Shown here piece by piece: positions 1-16,514 of a DNA stretch of 64,000 bases. Numbering within the stretch: position 1 is the stretch's first letter; every line of letters begins with the position of its first letter. The notes under the pieces were generated by a model, which saw only the letters and a program-made list of their open reading frames with translations, was not told the DNA's origin and made no database searches. The stretch comes from Octopus vulgaris (Eukaryota). The stretch is from the NCBI GenBank assembly GCA_951406725.2, contig OX597835.1, forward strand, positions 37,882,001 to 37,946,000, in the 5' to 3' direction. A program made the translations under genes and the position numbers.

Positions 1-166
1 TACCTGCAACACCTGAGTCAGAGTGGACACATCCAGCCAGAACTTTCAAGCCAGGCTCATGGACCCAACCTAGGAACGATGCTTTGAGGCATCACTCCAG
101 AGCACCATAAGCATATCAGAGGCATAGCAACATGGCACATTCTCACTTTTGCTGTGCCTTTGGAGT

Positions 167-286
167 TCATGAAGAATCCAATGACCTAGAATCAAGTGGA
201 AGTTCTTTGTCCATGTCGACTAACTTTTCGGTAACTTTTTCCTTGTGCTTTTTATCTGCAGAGTAAACATTTAGTTTTGTTTCAAT
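167..286 (-). CDS. Candidate terminal coding exon of an unidentified gene (IETKLNVYSADKKHKEKVTEKLVDMDKELPLDSRSLDSS*)
   Basis: Minus strand: acceptor ttttctacag at 287-296, then 39 open codons and TGA (167-169) in unique sequence. No recognisable homology. Confidence 0.25.
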   Translation of the reverse strand: METKLNVYSADKKHKEKVTEKLVDMDKELPLDSRSLDSS

Positions 287-927
287 CTGTAGAAAATATA
301 TCACTTAAAGTTTATGCTCACTTTCTAAATCCATCAAACGTCTTAAGCGAACAAAAAAATAAAACCAAAGACAAAATGCTATAATTATTAAATTTACTCA
401 GCAAATAAATGAAAAAGAACAAAAAAAGCAAAAAAAAAAATAATAACTTTTAAATATGGAATCCACGAAAATGCAGTTAAAAGATAACAATAATTTAAAT
501 TAGGAAAGAGAAAAATATAATAAAAAAAAGCAAATTATAAGCAATGCTTATTAAATAGTCTGCTAGTTTATGATTTTAATATTCAAAACAAAGTGTTAAA
601 TTCTTGCTGCAATATCTTTAACTTTCTCTTCTGTGTTATGGAATTTCAGTGCCAATGAAAATGTTGGATGACTATTTCTTCATTTCTGTCATTGTTTCAC
701 AGTTTTGTCTTTTGTTTCTTTTTCTTTTACTTTCCAGATTTCTAAAAGTTTTTAGGTTATAGAATGGAAATTTTCTGTCTTTGGAATTTTTTTTTTTTTC
801 ATATTTTATGAAACATAATATATATCATCATAATCATCATCATCATCATTTTAATAATCATCATTATCATAATCATGATCGTCATCATCATCCTCATCTT
901 TTTAATGTACACTTTTCCATGCATGCA

Positions 928-1200
928 TATCATCATCATCACCGTTTAACGTCTGCTTTCCATGCTAGCATGAGTTGGATGATTTTGACTGAGGGCTGGC
1001 GAACCAGATGGCTGCACCAGGCTCCAATCTTGATTTGGTAAAGTTTCTACAGCTGGATGCCCTTCCTAACGCCAACCACTCCAAGAGTGTAGTGGGTACT
1101 TTTTACGTGCCACCGGCACGGGGGCCAGTCAGGTGGTACTGGCAACGACCTTACTCGAATCTTTTTACACATGCCACCAGCACAGGTGCCAGTTAGGTGA
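928..1200 (-). mobile_element. 3' end of RTE-like LINE (family D) with (GAT)n tail
   Basis: (CAT)n then gtttaacgtctgctttccatgctagcatg...ctggatgcccttcctaacgccaacc. Many copies in window (e.g. 4690, 5300, 16950, 23345, 31258, 39052, 41100); longer copies run into RTE ORF-end sequence. Confidence 0.7.
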
Positions 1201-1304
1201 TGTTGGATGAAATTTGTTGAGGCAAATTTTCTACAACTGAATGTCCTTCCTGTGGCGAACCCTCGTCTGTTTCCAAGCGAAGTAATATTTCCCCAGGGCT
1301 ATGA

Positions 1305-1520
1305 ACTGGCAGAATTGTTAGAATGCTGAGCAAAATGCTTGGCGGTATTTCGTCTGTCTTCACATCTTCACATTCTGAGTTCAAATTCTACTGAGGTCGA
1401 CGTTGCCTTTTATTCTTTTGGGGGTCGATAAAATAAGTACCAGTTTAATACTGGGGTCAATGTAATTGACTTACCCCCTCTCCCCTAAATTGCTTCCCTT
1501 GTGTCAAAGTTTGAAATCAA
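1305..1520 (+). mobile_element. tRNA-headed SINE family B, diverged
   Basis: ctggcagaattgttag...gagttcaaattc B-box, then gcctttcatcctttcggggtcgataaa...agtaccag-type core (Deu/Nin-domain-like, from recall). Confidence 0.75.
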
Positions 1521-1574
1521 GATATCCCCATGGCTAGACATGTCTTGAAAGACTGGAAATGGAGGACGCTTGCA

Positions 1575-1575
1575 T

Positions 1576-1611
<36 letters not shown>

Positions 1612-1755
1612 ATGGGCTTCTTTCAGTTTCTGTCTACCAAACCCACTCGCAAGGATATTATAGAAGACACCTGCCCTAGATGACATGCAGTGGGACTGAA
1701 CCTAAAGCCATGTGGCCGGGAAGCAAACCTTCTACCACACGACCACATTTGCACC
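1575..1755 (-). mobile_element. SINE family A, 5' half
   Basis: Reverse complement matches family A head (ggttcagtcccact...ggtagacagaaactgaaagaagccc) ending in (CA)n. Confidence 0.7.
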
Positions 1756-2046
1756 TATTGCATGAATAAAGAATTTGAATAGTTTTTAGCTAAGTATTTA
1801 CACGATGGATAAAAATTAAAAACACGACAATTAATTTTCCCCAAAATTTATTTAGCGTGACAACGAATTTGGTGACAATGTGTTGGCTTGTTATGTAATT
1901 ACCTTGCAATGAAATTACAGGTGATATATTTAACACCTTGGAATTAATTTTCTGCAATGAATTTAATTTAATTGAATGAATTTATGGTAAACTTGAGCAA
2001 AGTAAGGAACTGCTCATTACTCTGAGATATATGTGGCAACATATAT

Positions 2047-2407
2047 CATTCTTCTCCTTCTTCTTCTTCTTCTTCTTCTCCTTCTTCTTCTTCTTCTTCT
2101 TCTTCTTCTTCTTCTTCTTCTTCTCCTTCTTCTTCTTCTTCTTCTCCAACTTCCTCCTCCCCCTCCTCCTCCTTTTTCTTCTTCTTCTTCTACTACTTCT
2201 TCTTCCTCCTCCCCCTCCTCCTCCTTTTTTTTTCTTCTTCTTCTTCTTCTTCTCCTCCTCCTCCTCCTCCTTTTCTTCTTGTTCTTCTTCTTCCTCCTCC
2301 TCCTTTTCTTCTTGTTCTTCTTCCTCCTCTCCTTCCTCCTCCTTTTTCTTCCTCCTCCTTTTTCTTCCTCCTCCTTTTTCCTCCTCCTCCTCCTCCTCCT
2401 CCTCCTC

Positions 2408-2449
<42 letters not shown>

Positions 2450-2590
2450 CTTCCTTCTCCTTATCTTCCCTCTCCTTCGTTTCTCCACCTTTTTTCTCCC
2501 TTCCTCCTTCTTCCTGCACCTTCTTTTTCACTTTCCTCCCTCCTCCCCTCCTCTTGCTCCTCTTCCTTTTTTTTCTTTCTTATCCTCTTC
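2047..2590. repeat. Compound polypyrimidine microsatellite (CTT)n/(CCT)n/(CTA)n
   Basis: Direct reading; source of the spurious poly-F/L/S/Y ORFs. Confidence 0.95.
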
Positions 2591-2809
2591 CAATGAAGAC
2601 AAGGGTGTAACTAATCAAATCACCCCCAACCCCACCACCCCTACATTTCAGTCGAAGCTACACACTGGTGTTTAATAAACTGCAGCAATCCAGAATGTCT
2701 TATAGGAACATTAAACCAACCTCACCATTGGATTGTAGATTAGCTTAATAATGTATTATCTATTATTATTCTGGAGAGGTTCTTGCATAGTAAGTGTCTT
2801 GACCTGAGT

Positions 2810-3665
2810 TCATCATCATCATCATCGTCATCATCGTCATTGTTGTCATCACCGTTTAACGTCTGCTTTCCATGCTGGGTTGGATGGTTTGATATGGAGC
2901 TGGCCATTGGAGTGCTGTCCAGACAGCAATTGTCTGTTGGGGCATGGATTCTTCAGCTGGATACCATCCCTAACACCAACCTATTTCTTTACTACCCACA
3001 AAGGGTTAAACACAGAGGGGACAAACAAGGACAGACACACGGATTAAGTCGATTACATCGACCCCATTGCGTAACTGGTACTTATTTAATCGACCCCGAA
3101 AGGATGAAAGGCAAAGTCGACCTCGGCGCAATTTGAACTCAGAATGTAGCGGCAGACGAAATACCTATTTCTTTACTACCCACAAGGGGCTAAACTCAGA
3201 GGGGACGAACAAAGACAGAAACACCGATTAAATCGATTACATCAACCCCAGTGTGTAACTGGTACTTAATTTATTGACCCTGAAAGGATGAAAGGCAAAG
3301 TCGACCTCGGTAGAATTTGAACTCAGAACGTAGCGGCAGATGAAATACCACTTAGCATTGCGCCCGGCGTGCTAACGATTCTGCCAGCTCACCGCCTAAC
3401 ACCAACCACTTAACAGAGTGTGTTGGGTGCTTTCTATGTGCCACTGGCACATCTGTGTTTATGCGGCACTAGCTTTTTAAGTGGCACCAGCCTCTGAAAG
3501 GACAAGCCTATATGAGTGGAGGACAGTGATTTTATTTACCTTAATGCATCTTACCAAGTACAGCAAATTGTCACACCTCCTGGTCCCTTGTCATCTCCTC
3601 AGTGAGGTCCAGCATCCAAAGAATCTTTCTCACTACTTCATCCTATGATTTTTCTGTTTTTCTTC
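2810..3665 (-). mobile_element. 5'-truncated RTE-like LINE 3' end, interrupted by a SINE B dimer
   Basis: (CAT)n tail at left. Reverse complement of 3580-3645 encodes DEVVRKILWMLDLTEEMTRD, matching the RTE ORF end at ~49010-49060. Confidence 0.7.
2982..3394 (-). mobile_element. SINE family B, head plus two tandem ~184-nt bodies
   Basis: 13-nt TSD cctaacaccaacc at 2969-2981 and 3395-3407; body repeated twice. Confidence 0.9.
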
Positions 3666-3839
3666 TTTCAGTTTCTATGTACCATATTACTCCTCACAAA
3701 GCTAAGGTCAGCCTGGAGCTCTAATAGAAGATATATGCCCAAAGTGCCATACTGTGAGATTGAACCAAGATCACAATGTTCACAGTGTTGAGAAGCACAC
3801 TGCTTACCCACTCACCCACACCTACACATCTGTCTGTCA

Positions 3840-4238
3840 CATCATCATCATCATCATCACCATTGTTTAATGTCTGCTTTCCATGTTGGCAGCTGTCTGT
3901 TGTGGTATGGTTTCCACAGCTGGATGCCTTTCCTAAAGCTACTCACTTTACAAATGTGTTGGGGGATTTTTATTGTGCCTCTGGTACTGCTGTGTTTACA
4001 CACCACTGGCATGAATGCATTTACACAGCACTGACAGGTGGGGTGCTTTTTAAGTGGCACCAGCCCCTGAAAGAACAAGCCAGTATGAGTGGAAGACAGC
4101 GATTTTATTTAGCTTAATGCATCTGACCAAGTACAGCAAATTGCCACACCTCCTGGTCCCTTGTCATCACCTCAGTGAGGCCCAGCATCCAAAGACCCTT
4201 TCTCACTAGTTTATCCTATGATTTTTCTGTTTTTCTAT
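3840..4238 (-). mobile_element. Second RTE-like 3' end, paralogous to 2810-3665
   Basis: Same sequence and same truncation point (tcctatgatttttctgttttt). Confidence 0.7.
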
Positions 4239-4451
4239 TTCAAAACCAATTCCAAGCTTGTTTGTTCACATTACTGTTACCATCAATCTGGTTGGCATGT
4301 CTTCCGGCAAATTATGAGTCGACCATCAGACAATCATCATCGTTATCATCACCACCATCATCATTATAATCATCATCAGTATTTAATATTTGTTTAATAT
4401 CAGCTCCTGTGAAACTGTCCAATCCATGCCAACATGGAGAACAGATCTTAA

Positions 4452-4484
<33 letters not shown>

Positions 4485-4859
4485 GTATATATGCATGTGT
4501 GTGTATATGTATGTATCATCATCATTGTCATATGTACACAGATGTTGTATATGGAGCTTTCCACTTCTGGTTACTTCAGCAAGGTAACTACACACATTCT
4601 GTTGGTGATTTTCTTTCCTCCTTTGGACTTTACTCTTTTCCCTTTCCAACTATACTCAAGCTCCATATGTCCATTTTGAAATGATGCTGGCCAGCTGGGG
4701 GCTGTCCAGACTCAAACTGTCTGCTGTGGCATGGTTTCTATGGCCGGATGCCCTTCCTAACGCCAACCACTTAAAAGAGTGTGTTGGGTGCATTTTATGT
4801 GCTGCCAGCACGAGCACATTTATGTAGCACTGGCACCAGTGCTTTTAAGTGGCACCAGA

Positions 4860-5295
4860 ACTTGCTTTCTTCCAAAGAATTTAGTGCTCTTAGCTTAGAT
4901 TTTCTTGGAGCCTGCCAGATTAGAGCAATCTCGAAAGTAACCAGCTGAAACTGCAATGACGATCTGCTACTTGACTGAAGATTGAAAGCTCCGAATGACC
5001 CGTCCTTGTTTTTTCCTGTACTATTTTGTATCGTCTAACTGTCCAGATGTTTTGTTGTTGCCAGTTACATTCTTGTTCCATGTTATGTGACCGCGTGCAT
5101 ACCGTTGGCGATTTTTTTTCCTCTGTCTTCTTTTCTCTGGATCTTTCCTTCTCCTATGTTTCCGATGAAGAGCTCCGCTCGAAACGTTAAACCGTCCTTC
5201 TTCCCTTCCTTCCTGAGCGTCCAATAATACTATATTTGTTCCACATCCTCGCGTTGTTGTGTTTTCTCTTTGTGTTTTCAGGTTTGGATTAACTA
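4860..5295 (+). mobile_element. Penelope-like pseudo-LTR remnant (inferred) carrying a hammerhead motif
   Basis: Related copies at 26490-26720 (-), 57283-57480 (-) and 15050-15110. Ends in (TA)n; contains the motif at 5158-5192. Confidence 0.5.
5158..5192 (+). ncRNA. Minimal type I hammerhead ribozyme motif (core mutated to CCGAUGA)
   Basis: gttt-CCGATGA-A-GAGC-tcc-GCTC-GAAA-CGT-T-aaac: stem I gttt/aaac, stem II GAGC/GCTC, palindromic ACGU stem III. Confidence 0.55.
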
Positions 5296-5775
5296 TATAT
5301 ATCATCATCATCGTTTAACGTCCGCTTTCCATGCTAGCATGGGTTATGTATGTATATATATTAGATAGACAAACAGACTTATATAAGTAATGCGAAGAAC
5401 TTAGACTTGACTTGGTACCTGTTCATGTAACTGACACCGTATACATCTTAGAATTGTCAATCACCATTTCTCAATATCACATTCCTCAACTCAATGTCAG
5501 AAACCTCCAATTACATGGCGCTATCAAATGTTAACCAATCAATAAATCCGGAAGATGCTTCTTTAATCATGTTTTTCTGACTTTCAGAGATATTTTTACA
5601 TCATTTATTGTTATTGTTATTATTATTATTATTATTTTAATTTTATGTATTTTTTCTATATCATATTTATTTTTATAAGTAGAAAGAAAATAAATGTCAT
5701 CCAAAATATAATTTTACTGTCATTTTCTTGAAACATGTCAAATGAGCAAAAAACTTAATAAATTTATTATCATTA

Positions 5776-5806
<31 letters not shown>

Positions 5807-5814
5807 TTTGGTGG

Positions 5815-6335
5815 ACTGGCAGAATCGTTAGCACACTGGGCAAAATGCTTAGCGACATTTCGCCTGTCTTAAAGATGATCTGAGTTCAAATTTCGCCAAG
5901 GTCAATTTTGCATTTCATTCTTTCAGGATCGATGAAATAAGTACCAGTTACATACTGAGGTCAATATGATCGACTTACCCCTCCTCCAAATTTCATGCCT
6001 TGTGCCTATAGAAGAAAGGATTATTATCTTCTGTGTGTTATATATATTTGTTAGACCTGGGGTTTTTGTTATGTATCTGTCTGAATATTTATTTATCATA
6101 CTTAATATACCTACTATGATAGGTATGCTGAGCGAAATGCTTAGTGGTATTTCGTCTGCCGTTATGTTCTAAGTTCAAATTCCACCGATGTCGACTTTGC
6201 CTTTAATCTTTTCGGGGTCGATAAATTAAATACCTGTTTTGCACTGGGGTCAATGTAATCGACTTAATCCCCTTGTCTGTCCTTGTTTGTCCCCTCTATG
6301 TTTAGCCCCTTTTGGGCAATAAAGAAATAAGAAAC
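5815..6335 (+). mobile_element. Two SINE family B copies (5815-6020, 6120-6335)
   Basis: Match to family B head and core. Confidence 0.75.
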
Positions 6336-6647
6336 CAAATTCTCAACTTAAACACCACATATTAAACATATCCCTAAAATTGAACATAAAACTCCTTGCC
6401 ACTCATAAAATTTCTTGCCATTCCCCTAGCATAAAATTGCCTCCTTGCTGTCGGGTTTCTAAGTCTTGTGATCTGCATGGTGACCTTAATAATAGTGCTG
6501 GTAGAAAAAACACACTACACACTATAAAGTGGTTGGTGTTAAGAAGGGCATCAAGCTGTAGAAACCATACCAAAGCAGAAACTAGAACATGATGCAGTCC
6601 TTGGGTCCATCGGAGACTGTTCAACTCATGCCAGCATGGAACATGGC

Positions 6648-7058
6648 TCTCTCTTTTTATACTCTTTTACTTGTTTCAGTTATTTGACTGTAGCCATGCT
6701 GGAGCACCAGCTTTAGTCAAACAAATTGACCCCAGAACTTATTCTTTGTGAGCCTAGTACCTATTCTATCGGTCTCTTTTGCCGAACTGCTAAGTTACGG
6801 GGACATAAACACACCAGCATCGGTTGTCAAGCAATGTTGTGGGGACAAAAGCAAACACACAGACATATTCACACACACATACATAATCATATATATATAT
6901 ACATATATACGACGGGCTTCTTTCAGTTTCCGTCTACCAAATCCACTCACAAGACTTTGGTCGGCCCGAGGCTATAGTAGAAGACACTTGCCCAAGATGC
7001 CACACAGTGGGACTGAACCCGGAACCATGTGTTTGGTAAGCAAGCTACTTACCACACA
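6648..7058 (-). mobile_element. SINE family A, full length
   Basis: tRNA-like head, internal (TA)n/(TG)n, 3' ccagcatggc-stem-loop and (GAGTAAAA)n tail. Confidence 0.9.
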
Positions 7059-7342
7059 ATGATGATGATGATGATGATGATGATGGTGAACTCAAGGTGG
7101 CCTATTTTACTAATGTAAAGGTATCACGATAAAGTGCAGTTCCCATAGAGTTAAAAACAGATACTAACATACTATGTCAGCAACATTGAAATTGCGTTAT
7201 TAAAAAAGATGATGAGGAAGATAATGCAGTGATGGTGATGTTGGTGATGGAAGGAATGAAAGTGAAAGTAGAGGTGGTGGTGGTAGGAGTAGTGATGATA
7301 CTGGTGGTGGCAGAAATGATGGTTGTGGTGATGATGTGAAAG

Positions 7343-7757
7343 GTGGTGAGCTGGCAGAAACATTAGCACGCCGGGTGAAATGCGTAGCTGTATTTCGTCT
7401 GCTGCTACGTTCAGAGTTCAAATTCCGCCGAGGTTGACTTTGCCTTTCATCCTTTCAGGGTCGATAAATTAAGTACCAGTAACGCACTGGGGTTAACATA
7501 ATCGACTTAATCCCTTTGTCTGTCCTTGTTTGTCCCCTCTGTGTTTAGCCCCTTGTGGGTAGTAAAGAAATAGGTATTTCATCTGCCGCTACGTTGTGAG
7601 TTCAATTTCCGCCGAGGTCGTCTTTACCTTTCATCCTTTCGGGGTCGATAAATTAAGTACCAGTTACGTACTGGGGTCGATGTAATCGACTTAATCCCTT
7701 TGTCTGTCCTTTTTTGTCCCCTCTGTGTTTAGCCCCTTGTGGGTAGTAAAGAGATAG
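7343..7757 (+). mobile_element. SINE family B dimer
   Basis: Bodies start at 7390 and 7574 (period 184), joined at aaagaaatag|gtatttc. Confidence 0.9.
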
Positions 7758-7759
7758 GT

Positions 7760-12580
<4,821 letters not shown>

Positions 12581-12582
12581 TC

Positions 12583-12975
12583 AGTGGAGGTGCAATGGCC
12601 CAGTGGTTAGGGCAGCGCACTCACGGTCGGAGGATCGCAGTTTCGATTCCCAGACCGGGCGTTGTGTGTGTTTATTGAGCGAAAACACCTAAAGCTCCAT
12701 GAGGCTCCGTCAGGTGCTGGTGGCGACCCCTGTTGTACTCTTTCGCCCCAACTTTCTCTCACTCTTTCTTTCTATTTTTGGCCCCGACTTCCTACGCAAC
12801 CGCTGAGCCTGGATGTGCATTCATCCATCCGTCGATGCTCTCGGTGTCAGGGGTTGACCTGCTTTCTCTTCTGTGGGTCTTACGAATTGCAAAGGACCAC
12901 GTTTCGGACTTCTCCCATCTTGCGAGCTCTGGGACGAAGACCACTTCGCTCAACAGCAACAGCACCACTCAACAG
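12583..12975 (+). mobile_element. tRNA-headed SINE family C with (CAA)n-type tail
   Basis: A-box tggcccagtggttag, B-box gtttcgattccc; paralogues at 25310 and 52793. Confidence 0.85.
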
Positions 12976-13052
12976 CAACAAGAACAACAATAGCAATCGT
13001 TACTACTATAAGCACAAGGCCTGAAATGCTTTGGAGAAGGGACCTAATTGGT

Positions 13053-13865
13053 TACATGGCTCAGTGGTTAGAACATCAGGCTTACAATTATGAGGTAGTG
13101 AGTTCGATTCTCAGACCAGGCTGTGTTGTTCTCTTGAGCAAGACACTTTATTTCACATAGCTCCAGTTCACTCAGATGTAGAAATGAGTTGCGGCATCAC
13201 TGGTGCCAAGCTGTATCAGCCTTTGTCCTTCCCCTTGGATAACATCAGTGGCACAGAGGGGGGACGCTGGTATGCATGGGTGACTGTTGGTCTTCCATAA
13301 AAAAAACATTGCCCAGACTTGTGCCTCAGAGAGGGGAACTTTGGAGGTGCAATCCCATGGTCAGTCATGACCGAAGGGGATTTTCACCCTTACTCTATGT
13401 GCATATAGTGGTGTAGAGAGGGGACGCTGGTAAGCATGGGTGACTGCTGGTCTTCCTTAAACGACCTTACTTGGACTTGTGCTTCAGAAAGGAACTTTCT
13501 CGGTGCAATCCCATGGCCATTCGTGACTGAAGGGAGTCTCTACCCTTCACCTTTTGTACATATAATGGAGTGGAGAGTGGACGCTCGTATGCATGGACAA
13601 CTGCTGGTCTTCTATAAAACAACCCTGCATGGACTTGTGCCTTGGAGGGGAATCTTCCTTGGTGTAATGCCTTGGTCATTCATGACCAAAGGGTATCTTT
13701 ATCCTTAACATATGTACATATAATGGTGTGGAGAGGAGATGTTGGTATGCATGGGACACAGCTGGTCTTCTATAAACTACCTTACCTGGACTAGTGCCTC
13801 AGAGGGGAACGTTCTGGGTTCAATTCCATGGTCATTCATGATTGAAGGAGGTCTTTATCCTTTAC
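13053..13865 (+). mobile_element. CORE-like SINE family E followed by three extra tandem copies of its ~157-nt 3' segment
   Basis: tRNA head tggctcagtggttag...gttcgattc; CORE-like ttgagcaagacactttatttcac...gaaatgagt; 3' unit ggtatgcatggg...catgaccgaaggg occurs four times. Confidence 0.8.
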
Positions 13866-13986
13866 ACTTTAATAACAATAAAAACAGCAAAAGTATAAAC
13901 AACAGTGGAAGCAAACAACAACAACAATATTGTGTCTGTGGTTTATGTGGCCATTGACCATTCAGAAATAGCAGCCAAATCTCCCT

Positions 13987-14214
13987 CGAGCTGGCAGAAA
14001 TGTTAGCACGCCGGGCAAAATGCTTAACAGTATTTCGTCTGCCGCTACGTTCTGAGTTCAAATTCCACCGAGCTCGACTTTGCCTTTCATCCTTTCGGGG
14101 TTGATGAAATAAGTACCAGTTACGCATTGGGGTCGATATAATCGACTTAATCCGTTTGTCTGTCCTTGTTTATCCCCTCTGTGTTTAGCCCCTTGTGGGC
14201 AATTAACAAATAAG
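13987..14214 (+). mobile_element. SINE family B monomer
   Basis: 13-nt TSD aaatctccctcga at 13977-13989 and 14215-14227. Confidence 0.9.
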
Positions 14215-14834
14215 AAATCTCCCTCGAATTACACCTCTTCAATGTAGAATATTATTGAATAAGGTTGTTGAAAGCTCCCTAGACATAGATATGGGATGGA
14301 ATGGTCATGGTTGGAACGATTTTGATTCGGTCGTGGAGTCTCTACTCTGATTGAGCTGAGACCTAGGAATGAATCAGAGCAAGAACATCATAAGCAACAA
14401 CCACCATCACCACTGTCAACTATACTCTACCACCACTGTCACCACTACCACTGCTACCACCATCACCAGCACAACCAACATCACCACTACCACCACCATC
14501 GCCACCAAAAAATTTCCACCACTGCTGCCATCATTACCACCACTAGCACCATTATCACCACCACCACCTCCAATAACAACAACAGTAACAACCACCATCA
14601 TCAGCAAATACAATGTATTGGCTGGAAGCTTTTAATTAGAACAGCTGACCAGCCAGCAAACCAGCCTGCCAGTCAACCAGGCAGCCACATGGGCCAACAG
14701 TTGCTTTCTTCTTTATGTTTCATTATTTCTTTGAAATGAACTGTCAATATCTTACTTCCCTGTTTTGAGGCTGGCTCCAATGTTTCTTTCTTTTTTGTGT
14801 TAGTATTTGTGAATTATCTAATTGCATATATCAA

Positions 14835-14880
<46 letters not shown>

Positions 14881-14965
14881 CCTATTTTTCAGTTCATCTA
14901 TCTATCTATATGTATGTGTATATATTTATACATACATATTTATACATACATGTGTACTTGTGTGC

Positions 14966-14998
<33 letters not shown>

Positions 14999-15105
14999 TA
15001 CATACATATATACATATGTATGTATTTATGTATATATATATATATATAACACTATACTTATTCCACATCCTCACGTTGTATTTTCTCTTTGTTCATGATT
15101 GGGAT

Positions 15106-15174
<69 letters not shown>

Positions 15175-15289
15175 TATTGATGAGAGACAGATATTCTCCA
15201 TATAGAATACACTCTATAGTGCTCAAGAGATTTAAACTTGAGGAGGTAGAGGAGTAAATATATTGATAAATAAGTTAGGTGAGTCGATA

Positions 15290-15785
15290 TATAAAAAATA
15301 TTAAATACAATTAATACAAAAAATGTACATATGTTTATATATCAGAAGTTCCAACTTACCCAGAAAAGAAACGATATCAGGGATTAAAGGGGTTGAATAA
15401 AAATTTTACAAGTCCAGCAGCTGTTTCTAGGGACATGGTGGTCCGAGATAATGACTGCAAATTGATTTCATCATCAGATAATACCAGCCACCGTCTTCAG
15501 GGAAGAATTTTATATTTGAGGTGTTGACAGAAAGGAGATTAAATATGGAATAATTCTAGATTTAATCTTCTTTCTGTCAACACCTCAGATGTAAGATTCA
15601 TCCATGAAGATGGAGGCTGGTATTATCTGATGAGGGAATCAATTTGCACTCATTATCTCAGACCACCATGCATCCAGAAACCGATGCTGGACTCATAAAA
15701 GTCTTATTCAACCCTGTTAATTCTTGATAACTTGGACCTTTTTATATATAAACCTTTGTACATATTTTGTATCAAATGTACTCCT
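15290..15785. mobile_element. Imperfect ~250-bp-arm inverted repeat, Penelope-like (inferred), with decayed hammerhead cores
   Basis: Centre ~15551; arms pair (gaggtgttgacagaaag / ctttctgtcaacacctc); (C/A)TGAAGA, CTGATGA and GAAAC motifs in both arms. Confidence 0.6.
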
Positions 15786-16020
15786 TTACTTTTTTACTCT
15801 TTTACTTGTTTCAGTCATTTGACTGTGGCCATGCTGGAGCACCGCCTTTAGTCGAGCAAATCGACTCCAGGACTTATTCTTTGTAAGCCTAGTACTTTTT
15901 CTATCGGTCTCTTTTGCAGAACCGCTAAGTTACAGGGACGTAAACACACCAGCATCGGTTGTCAAACAATGTTGGGGGAACAACCACAGACACACAAATA
16001 CACACATATATATAAATATA
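15783..16020 (-). mobile_element. SINE family A, 3' half
   Basis: (TTTTACTC)n tail and cagtcatttgactg stem-loop. Confidence 0.85.
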
Positions 16021-16514
16021 CAGATGGCAATGTGAAGCTGCTGAAGTCTGTGGTCAAACCCAGGCTGGAGATGGTTGCTGCCAGAAAGCTAAATGTGTAG
16101 CAGCAGGATTTAGCTCCTTGACATATCACAGAAAAGTGTCGGAAGCAGTTGGCAGAGAATTTCTACAGCTTCACCAGACCCAATCTCTGGCCTCCTGCAT
16201 GAAGTGTGGTTGAGAAAAACACCAACTATTCTGTCTGCAACACCAAGGCCAAGCTGGTGGCCAAGGTGATAGTCAAGATCAAGGACATGTTTGAAGATCG
16301 TTCCAGAGACACTGTGAGGAATGCATGTACCAGGTTCTGGGACCATTTTGAGCCTGTGGTGGAAACTGAGGATAGCTACTATGAGTAAACTGTTATCTCC
16401 CAGCCAAACTCTTGCTGATATTTTTTGATTCTTTAAAAATAGTTTTATTTCTGGATGAGATATTCTTTTCTTTTCCTTTTATGCAATCTACCAAATTCAG
16501 ACTGACCGCCCTAT
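16021..16514 (+). pseudogene. Tc1/mariner DD37D (maT-like) transposase 3' fragment
   Basis: Translates with stops to QQDLAP*H...ENFYSFTRPNLWPP and VVEKNTN...TVRNACTRFWDHFEPVVETEDSYYE*, typical of the DD37D C-terminus. Confidence 0.7.

Noticed and set aside
5510-5560. Clustered ATGGCG, CCAAT and CCGGAAG motifs
   Set aside because: Short motifs in an AT-rich context with no associated exon; not distinguishable from chance.
12583-12660. Apparent tRNA genes (also 13053, 31160, 43330, 44071, 52793, 58480)
   Set aside because: These are SINE heads continuing into repeat bodies; no complete acceptor stem was evident.
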